A stretch of DNA of 41,753 nucleotides, taken from Nemertoderma westbladi. Taxonomy: Eukaryota; Animalia; Xenacoelomorpha. The notes beneath the pieces were generated by a model that made no database searches, was not told the origin of the DNA, and saw only the letters and a list, made by a program, of their open reading frames with translations. Shown here one piece after another: positions 34,093-41,753 of the stretch; positions within the stretch are counted from its first letter, which is position 1; each line of letters starts with the position of its first letter. Location: the NCBI GenBank assembly GCA_032718475.1, contig JAUCBJ010001808.1:1-41753 (forward strand), read 5' to 3'. A program made the translations under genes and the position numbers.

Positions 34093-34356
34093 TATTATTA
34101 TTATTATTTAAGCTCTCTCTCTCTCTACTTGACTCCATTGTACATACAGTACAGTATAATGTTAAATTATAGACATCTGTGACCACGTTCATTGTCGCAT
34201 CTTCTACAGTATATGCGCGGGATCAATATTTTACTGGCTTTATTGGCTTTATTTAAAACGGATGAACTATAGATATAGTAATATCATTCGAGTTAATATT
34301 GATTAATTACGGTCATATGCGACCAAAATGAATTAATATACAGTATAAACCTAAGC

Positions 34357-35445
34357 TTATTGAATATGCTGTACCCACGACTGTTTCTTGGATCCGATGA
34401 ATCGGACTAAATATTGTTTCTTCCCATTGCGTACACGTTCTTTAAGTTTGCCAATATTTTTATCAATTGCTAGATAAATATTACTATTCGGGTGGACCTT
34501 TTGGAGTTCGTGAGAATAAAATGAGCCCTTTATTATAGCTCCAGCGCTGTCCTTAATATCGAACATTACAGTAGGTACTCTATCCAGCCTGACACGATGA
34601 ATAATAAATAATTCACGTGTCCATTGTTCTCGATAGCCTTTAGCAAAAGCAGTACGAGCGATAGATAATCGTACTGAATCTCCAACTTTAAATTTTATTT
34701 TCTTATGATTAATCTGTCTATATTTCCCATATAATCTATTCATTAATTCAGTTTCATTAAATTTATTAACTTCAATAGGTGTCATTTTTATTGTCCTATG
34801 ATATGACCTATTATAAGCCGAGATAAGCTTAGGTAAAATTTTAATCCAAACATCATTTCCTCATTGTGTAAAAATTTTGAACATCTTTGTTTTTAATGTT
34901 CTATTGAATCTCTCGACAATAGCCGCCTTATTCACAGAATACATTACGTAATACTGTATACTTAACGTATCTAAATATTTTCTTACAGATTTATTTAGAA
35001 ACTCAGACCCTTGATCAGTCGCGATTCTGTTTGGTTTTCCTTTCTGGAATATTTTTTGCAATATACTAATAATTTCAACACCCTTTTTTGTTTTCATACC
35101 ATAGCCAAAAGCAAGCCTGCTAAAGGCATCAATACATGTTAATATATAGTTATAATTATTATTTTGCGATTTATATTGCTGCATATCCACCAAATCTATC
35201 ATATATATATCTTTTAAACCCCCCGTAAATATTTTAGATGTTGGATAATGATGTCTACGTGGAGCGTGAAGGGTGTATGTCTTTTGCCCACTCAGCCATT
35301 TCTGGGCTTGTGCTGGTTTGATGTTTGCAGCTTTTGCTAATTTTGCAACACTTGCAAATCCCGCGGGGGATGAAGGATCTAAATAAATTCTTAACAGTTT
35401 TTTGTCTAAGCTTCGGCTTAAAATCGGTTTCATCTTGCGAGGCAT
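34357..35445 (-). pseudogene. int: Retroviral-type (rve) DDE integrase with chromodomain-like C-terminus; in-frame TGA at 34863-34861
   Basis: IDLVDM, IDAFSR, TDQGSEF, ERFNRTLK; reading through TGA gives WIKILPKLISAYNRSYHRTIKMTP, then FKVGDSVR, FAKGY..WTRELF and YLVRFIG..SWV. Confidence 0.93.
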
Positions 35446-35666
35446 CTTTTCGACAACCGCAAGTAATATGTATATTCAAATCTCTTATAAAGGGCATCAC
35501 TGTAAGAACAACTGAAATTTTTAATTATTTTCTTTGAAGTTGATGTTTTGAAGGGTTTTCTTTTTGTAGTATTTACTCTAGGTATATCTTGAGGTTTTAA
35601 ATCAGCAGCTAACGGTTTACTCGATACTAAATATAATTTTCTAAATGTTACTCCTGTTTTAACCAT
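35430..35666 (-). CDS. Small basic hypothetical protein upstream of the integrase (possibly truncated)
   Basis: ATG 2 nt after the preceding stop and an end overlapping the integrase start, consistent with tight gene packing. Confidence 0.4.
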   Translation of the reverse strand: MVKTGVTFRKLYLVSSKPLAADLKPQDIPRVNTTKRKPFKTSTSKKIIKNFSCSYSDALYKRFEYTYYLRLSKRCLAR

Positions 35667-35668
35667 TA

Positions 35669-36057
35669 TTACCGTCCACGGTTAATTTTTTTTGCAATAG
35701 CCGCTCCAGCGGCAGCGGCACCGGCACTCGCGGCGAGTTTCGCACCAATGCCAAGTAAGGGTATTAGAAACGGTAGTGTAGTATGCCTCCAGATTCATTG
35801 CTTAACTTTTTTCTGTAACTTGATATATTTTTTGTTTTACGGTTGAGTGATTTCAATACCTTCTTATAGCGGCGAATATTTCTAAATGAATGAGGGGTTA
35901 ATTGTACGTTACCTTTTAGAACGTTTAATGCAGTATTTACAATGAGACGTATTAATTCGTTGCTCACGGTATGGTTAATAAAATAAGTTCTTTGTTGAGG
36001 GGTAGCGCTGCGTAGAAATTCCAGTTCGTTACAATATTTCTGCACAAGTCTATTCAT
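35669..36057 (-). pseudogene. Polinton core protein with adenovirus pX-like C-terminal peptide (~129 aa), 1-bp deletion near 35780
   Basis: LRSATPQQR..ALNVLKGNVQLT..YKKVLKSL..ESGGIL, then shifted frame LPFLIPLLGIGAKLAASAGAAAAGAAIAKKINRGR*. Confidence 0.75.
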
Positions 36058-36188
36058 TGTTGCAACATTATTGAAAATTGTTACAAAATATTAATTATTT
36101 ATCATTATTATTATTATTATTATTTTCGCTACGTTTATAGTCAATGTAATTTTTAATGTAACAATTATGATTACGAAATATATCCGAT

Positions 36189-36770
36189 CTAAATCTTAAA
36201 GTGAATCTTCGTGAATCTAAATCTTAGATGTGAAAATGGTTGAATTGTTGCATCTTGATAGGAATCAACTAAAAATTTGGTCTGCCCTGGTAACATCTGC
36301 TTCGCGAAATTTAAAACCGATAGACTGTCTCTCAGATTTTTCATTAATACTAAAGTATGGCTATTAATTGATCTTGTGCGGTTATGCTTCCCACCGTAAA
36401 ACATGTTTTGCGTTATAAAACAAATAAATATATTGGAATGATGAGCTACCTTAGTAAACAATACAGTTAATGCTGTACTGGACTCAGTTTCTGTTAAAAA
36501 ATCATCTATAATTAATAAATCTCGACTATTCACTAAACTATCTATATTTTCGGGCAAGCCTTTGTAAAGGTGAGTAATACCGGGAATAGTCGGGGGATTG
36601 CTCCCGTAACAATACAATACTCGCAAGGGGGCTTCGTTGAAACAACCATTGTTGTGTTTAATTAAATTGCTTACAAAGGTTGACTTTCCAGAACCAGATG
36701 GCCCAGAAATTATCATACTCGTTCCCATTTGAAAGTTTAAATTATATGGACCTGAATTAAAGTCAGCCAT
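36189..36770 (-). CDS. FtsK/A32-like DNA packaging ATPase (C-terminus appears frameshifted)
   Basis: Walker A GPSGSGKS, Walker B LLIIDD, HHSNIFICFITQN, RTRSIN; the expected LRFRSDIF motif lies in another frame across the stop. Confidence 0.92.
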   Translation of the reverse strand: MADFNSGPYNLNFQMGTSMIISGPSGSGKSTFVSNLIKHNNGCFNEAPLRVLYCYGSNPPTIPGITHLYKGLPENIDSLVNSRDLLIIDDFLTETESSTALTVLFTKVAHHSNIFICFITQNMFYGGKHNRTRSINSHTLVLMKNLRDSLSVLNFAKQMLPGQTKFLVDSYQDATIQPFSHLRFRFTKIHFKI

Positions 36771-36986
36771 TTATTATTATTATTAAGATATATCAACAAT
36801 ACAATATAATATAATATAAATATCAATATCAATAAACCATCACCATTACTATGTATATAACAATAATTGTTGCAACTACAATATTAGAGTACTGTATATT
36901 TAATTAACATATGACGCCGCTACAGTATGTGATGCTCGCTGCAACAAAAGGTGCTATTTCCAATTATAGTATAGACTGATGTAATT

Positions 36987-37439
36987 TCAAGCATGGTGAG
37001 CATCTTTATACGCGAAATAATGATAGGTAACATCGGCGGATTGGAAATCACTTCCCGAGAATTTCGCGCTAATGATTTTTTTATGTTCGCCGCTAAAAAA
37101 ATAAGGAATATAGTAGCAACAGCGTCGTACTACATTTCTATAAAAAATATTCTCCAATATTGTAAATAAATCTCCCGGATCATTACTTTCCGCAGAAATA
37201 TAAGTTATATTTCGAAGCTCTTTCCAATAATAGGGTTGATAACTTGCCAACTTTATATTAAACTTAGATATGGGTGCACGACAAATAGGACAAATTTTAG
37301 AACAATAATTATTCATTTCGGAATATTGTACAATACATTGTACGCAAGTTGCATGTTTATTTTCACATTTATAATAATCTCGATGTTGTTGCACTAACTT
37401 AGAATAGCAAACTGGACATTTTTCATTTAAAATATCCAT
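36987..37439 (-). CDS. C3HC4 RING finger protein (putative E3 ubiquitin ligase), 150 aa
   Basis: CPVC-x13-CENKHATCVQC-x14-CPICR; ATG at 37439; minus-strand TATATAAA at ~37573-37566. Confidence 0.85.
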   Translation of the reverse strand: MDILNEKCPVCYSKLVQQHRDYYKCENKHATCVQCIVQYSEMNNYCSKICPICRAPISKFNIKLASYQPYYWKELRNITYISAESNDPGDLFTILENIFYRNVVRRCCYYIPYFFSGEHKKIISAKFSGSDFQSADVTYHYFAYKDAHHA

Positions 37440-37608
37440 TTTTCCAAATTTTAAAGTAAATTGAAAATAATTACCACAATACACAACAACAACAACAATA
37501 AACAAATCTGTTATACTGTATATACAATTACTACTACAATTTTCGATTATTTAAGAACATCAAAATTTTATATATAATCATAAAATATTTATAATATAGT
37601 GGGAAAAG

Positions 37609-38052
37609 TCAAGAATCAATGATATTATCAACATATTCAACATTATCTGTTGATTCTTCAGGTTCGACAAAGGATTCTTTTGAAATCATTACAATAAAGA
37701 AAGACATAATTTCGTAGGGGCTATGCCGATTTAGCCGTATTTCAAACTTTTCACCAGCTTCGTTGTATTGTGTAATAACAATTAACCCCTCTATCATGGA
37801 TAATAGTAAGATGTTGCTTAATTTTCCCTCATGCTCAACTTTCAGGTTGTAATCTAAGAGATGAATACTATTATCAGAAGCATCAATATCAATTGAGCTT
37901 AAAACTTTCCTGGCTTTTTCAGAAAACTCAATTTTATATTTATCATCTCCCTGACGGTAAATTGTATAATCAATAACAATATAGGCTTCACCATCTTCTG
38001 CAAAAAATGAATGCCTTACTATTGGCATAACCATATTGGAATCAGAAGACAT
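37609..38052 (-). CDS. Acidic hypothetical protein, 147 aa
   Basis: Intact ATG-started ORF in AT-rich DNA, with TATA-like sequence ~100 bp upstream and the same strand as the neighbouring block; no motif recognised. Confidence 0.6.
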   Translation of the reverse strand: MSSDSNMVMPIVRHSFFAEDGEAYIVIDYTIYRQGDDKYKIEFSEKARKVLSSIDIDASDNSIHLLDYNLKVEHEGKLSNILLLSMIEGLIVITQYNEAGEKFEIRLNRHSPYEIMSFFIVMISKESFVEPEESTDNVEYVDNIIDS

Positions 38053-38640
38053 TATTTAATTTATTTTATTGTAAATCAAACAAACAAAGTAAAAACTTTT
38101 AAACTAAAATCATTACAAATGATTAATTGTGATTAAAGCAAGAGATTATATATATAAGATATTTTAAAAAATAATACAGGTCTTAAACTGAGAAATAGCC
38201 TAAATTCGGTTTATTGATTGGTTGATTAGCCGGGAGGGAAAATGCAGTTTAATTAAAAATTATTGCGTAATAATAATAATCACTAATGTGTGTATACGCG
38301 TAGCTGGAACGTGATGGAATCTCATGTATCATACTGAGTGGTTGGTTTGTTGGTTTGGTGACGGCTGTCGTGGAGTTAGCAATCGATATAATATAATATA
38401 TGCACGATGCGAGTAGTTGGTGGCCGCGTCGTCACCATATACAGTATACAGTGGTGGTGGTAACGTGGCAGTGGTGGTAACGTGGCGAAAAGGTGAATAA
38501 CCGTAGGGTTAGGCAAGCATCGCTGTTGATTGGTTGGTTGGTGAGTGGTTGGGTGGGTAACAGCTGTGGATTGAGTAGCGATGGGATGGGGGGCTAGCCA
38601 TGCATCGTGAGGTTAGGCTATGTGAAGATGAATATGCAAT

Positions 38641-38960
38641 GGTTGGTGAAAAATTGCGATTTGAAAAATAGTAGAAGTTACCTGATGCTAAGTGTAGACA
38701 CCCGAACACTTGTAAAATAAAGGTTGGTGATTGGATGCAGTACTAGCGTTGGGTGACTAATAACGCCTCTAGCGGAATAAGCGGGAACTTGAGAAGTTAC
38801 CATGGTTTCGGATGAAATGCTGTCATCTGATTGGTTGAAATAATAACGACCACTGGTAAAGGTTGAGATGGTGGCTTCTGATTGGATGCAGTACTAGAAA
38901 TGGATGGTAATGATGGGCTACGGGTGACCATGGAGCCGGGTCATACAAACATATACTACT
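38641..38960 (-). repeat. Polinton right terminal inverted repeat (320 bp)
   Basis: Reverse complement of 20841-21160; ends ATACTACT. Confidence 0.95.
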
Positions 38961-39730
38961 CTCCCCACACTTGAATCACACTGCTTTCACTCCCTCACGC
39001 GCCAACACCTCCTCTCCTTACTTCCCCGTTTCTCTTATACTCAATCGATATCTTGTTTTCATCCTCCATACCCTCCTGTAAACCTCATTAGTGTGGCCAC
39101 ACTTGAGAAATGGGATCCGTCTAATGTCTCGTCCTCCTGTCATAGTCAATTGGTCCCCAATCCCAGCAGCTAATTAGAAAATGTTATATATGACTATAGT
39201 ACATTGACTGATTGTACATTGATTGTATATTTATATTGATTAATTATCTACATACGTACATACTAATTGCACTTAATTATTTGTACTTAGGAGTTCGTAT
39301 TTGCCTTCCAGATCGATGGTTGGTGTCCTTTTGGTACCCAACTCCCCTGAGGAAATCCCCATAGGCCCTCAAATATGCTACCAACTTCTTCCACCTCTTT
39401 TAGGGTGTGTCCACCTCTCTGTCCACTAGGTGTCGGCTATCGTAGTACACCGACTCGCACGTCAGCCCTGGGTGTTCTACAAGACCCTCAAAGGCAACCT
39501 TAAAGGCTATCCTGTGATTTAGAGGTGCTCCTGATAGCAGAAACGCCGTCGGCTCTCTTCCGATAACCACGGCCATGAATAGGTTTAATAAACCTATCAT
39601 TATCCAATCCTCCTGTAAGATATATATATCTCTTCTGATATATCTTTATCGCTCCCCTTCGGAGCCTATATACCTCTTGCTTCCCCAGCCTCGCTCCCAA
39701 TTTCAGCGAGTTCGCCAGTTCCGCTCCGTA

Positions 39731-40016
39731 CTCCTCTTGGACCTTACCCCAGTCCACCGGCTTGTGGCAGACAAGCCCCATGAGCTGGCCCATCGCCACT
39801 GCTCCACAATGTCCTGTGCCCGCTCTGTGCTCCTCCTGGAACTTGCCCCAGTCCATCAGCTTGTGGCAGACAAGCCCCATGAGCTGGCCCATTGCCACTG
39901 CTCCACAATGTCCTGTGCCCGCTCTGTGCTCCTCCCGGAACTTGCCCCAGTCCATCAGCTTGTGGCAGACAAGCCCCATAAGCTGGCCCATCGCCACTGC
40001 TCCACAATGTCCTGTG
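39731..40016. repeat. 99-bp tandem repeat, about 3 copies
   Basis: CCCCAGTCCA at 39747, 39846 and 39945; translates on the minus strand as a 33-aa repeat. Confidence 0.92.
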
Positions 40017-40109
40017 TTCTCTACCACCCCCAAAGTGCCAATTTTCCTTAGTTTTATTTTATTTTCCTATGTTCCCCCCTGTCTGCGCTATTATCCTATC
40101 TACCTTCCC

Positions 40110-40770
40110 ACTTCCTTACGTGGCGCCCTCATTGCCCACAACTTCTATAGTACCATGTACCCTGCTACTACTATGGTATGCCTACATACCATACCCTGTA
40201 CTCTCTTACTACGTGGCGCTCTCGGTGCCCACAACCCCTCTGCTACTACTTTTATGGTATACCTACATACCATACCATTTACTCTCTTACTACGAGGCGC
40301 TTTCGGTGCCCATAACCTCTATGGTACTATGTAACCTACTACTGCTACAATGGTATACCTACATACCATACCCTTTACTCTCTTACTACGTGGCGCTTTC
40401 TGTGCCAACAACTCCTCTGCTACTACTTCTATGGTTTAACTACATACCATACCCTTTACTCTCTTACTACGTGGCGCTTTCAGTTTCCACAACCTCTATG
40501 GTACTATGTACCCTACTACAACTTCTATGGTACGCCTACATACCATACCCTTTACTCTCTTACTATGTGGCGCTTTCGGTGCCCACAACCTATCTGCTAC
40601 TACTTCTATGGTATACCTACATACCATACCCTTTACTCTCTTACTACGTGGCGCTTTCGGTGCCCACAACCTCTATGGTACTATGTACCCTACTACTACT
40701 TCTATGGTATATCTACATACCATACCCTTTACTCTATTACTAAGTGGCGCTCTCGGTGGCCACAACCTCT
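40110..40770. repeat. Minisatellite of alternating 96/81-bp units (177-bp higher-order dimer)
   Basis: G(T/A)GGCGC anchors at 40120, 40213, 40294, 40390, 40471, 40567, 40648 and 40744. Confidence 0.9.
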
Positions 40771-41753
40771 AACTTCTACGGTTCTATTAATATTAATTCC
40801 TTCTAGCGTATTATTATTATTATTACCCCCTCGCCCGTACGATTACACCAGTCCTGGGTCTGTCGTCCGGTACCTGTAAGTGGGGTATTAACAAAGGTTT
40901 CCATTACCTCTGGTTCCTCGTAAATACTACCCGAACCAGCCTCACTCTCCGATAATCCCAACTTTGCGAGTTATAACCAGCGCTTTTGCTTCGCTTGGTA
41001 TTGCATAAGCCCCCTCAACTGGGTATGCATATCATCCCGCATATGCTTTCCCGCTCTCTCTCTCTCTCTCTATCCTCTCTCAAACTTTGGTTCGCTAATT
41101 CTGCCTCCCTCGCCTCCCGCTCTCTACGCTCGTTCACTTCTCTTGCCTCTCGCTCTCTACGCTCATTCATTTCCCTCTCTACCCTCGCTGCCTCTTCCGC
41201 TTCTCGCTCGTTGCTTTCATTCGTTTCCCTCTCTACCCTCGCTGCCTCTTTTACTTCTCGCTCTTTGCGCTCGTTTTCCATTCTCGTCTCCCGCCCCTCA
41301 CTCTCGTTTATCTCTCTCTCCTCCCGCGCCCTATAGTTTCTCGCCACCCTCTCGGCTCTCTCTTTACATTCTCTCGCTAGTTCTCTCTCCCTCTCCAATA
41401 GTGCAGTTTCCTCATCTAATTGCCTCTCCAACTACCTTTTGATCCAGCGCCATAATGTCTAGTTGACACGCCAGATCTATCTCTAACACCCTTCTTGCTT
41501 TTGCGGAGGATGTAGCGGACTTATCGGTCGTGATGGACTCCTGTCGCCTCTCTGTCCTACTAACTTTCCCCCGTTTACTGGGGTTCTTACTAACCGACTA
41601 CACCAAATCCTTGGGGTTAACCTCAGATTCGCCGTCGTGCGGGTCCGGGTGTGGTTTACACTACTAGGAAGACAATATATTTTTAGGAAAAGTCATAAAA
41701 TTTCAGATTCCCAACCTCGTTTGTTTCAGAATTATAACAAAAAAAACCACTAG

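Larger units (their letters stand above)
20841..38960. mobile_element. Full-length Polinton/Maverick (adintovirus-like endogenous dsDNA virus), 18,120 bp
   Basis: AGTAGT...ACTACT termini, 320-bp TIRs, 6-bp TSD CTCCAC (20835-20840) / CTCCCC (38961-38966); pPolB, rve integrase, ATPase, protease, major and minor capsid genes. Confidence 0.97.
18671..39007 (-). mobile_element. Putative 3' LTR (~830 bp once insertions are removed) interrupted by the Academ element and the Polinton
   Basis: TGTGACGG at 18671 cuts the preceding inverted repeat; on the minus strand a polypurine tract GGGGAAGTAAGGAGAGGAGG (~39027-39008) abuts TGTTGGCG (39007); minus-strand TATATAA at ~20465-20459. The second LTR is not in the window. 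Confidence 0.45.
39008..41753 (-). mobile_element. Internal region of a probable non-autonomous LTR retrotransposon (gag-like E/R-rich coiled coil, no pol recognised)
   Basis: ORF 41015-41431 is an ERE-rich coiled coil; strong purine skew on the minus strand; PPT-like tract at 39008-39027. Confidence 0.4.

Noticed and set aside
40110-40770. CRISPR-like repeat/spacer array
   Set aside because: Intervening sequences are themselves repeated, there are no cas genes, and the context is eukaryotic.
40986-41442. Plus-strand S/L/R-rich ORFs
   Set aside because: Antisense of the low-complexity ERE-rich minus ORF.

Overview
AT-rich animal (invertebrate-like) genomic DNA made almost entirely of nested mobile elements; no host gene is recognisable. 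The centrepiece is a full-length 18.1-kb Polinton/Maverick (adintovirus-like endogenous virus) at 20841-38960, with 320-bp AGTAGT-ended TIRs and a 6-bp TSD (CTCCAC/CTCCCC). Its + strand block encodes a PC4-like protein, an intact 1337-aa protein-primed PolB and a TBP-like protein. Its - strand block encodes an orphan, a RING finger protein, the packaging ATPase, a pX-like core protein, the integrase, two minor capsid proteins, a second core protein, the major capsid protein, an adenain protease and a Maelstrom/DEDD-like nuclease. Most virion and integration genes carry a single frameshift or nonsense lesion. The most notable feature is the accessory kit: TBP-like and PC4-like genes flanking the polymerase, a Maelstrom-like nuclease, a RING ligase, a 159-bp-arm perfect palindrome and a possible Pol III RNA. 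The Polinton appears to sit, next to an Academ transposon, in the LTR of a non-autonomous LTR element that interrupts a long-IR DNA transposon. The left half holds RTE-like and other LINE fragments, piggyBac-like and Kolobok-like remnants, and a 2.3-kb (CTATG)n array flanked by a 10-bp direct repeat. All family calls come from motif recognition by eye, without database searches.
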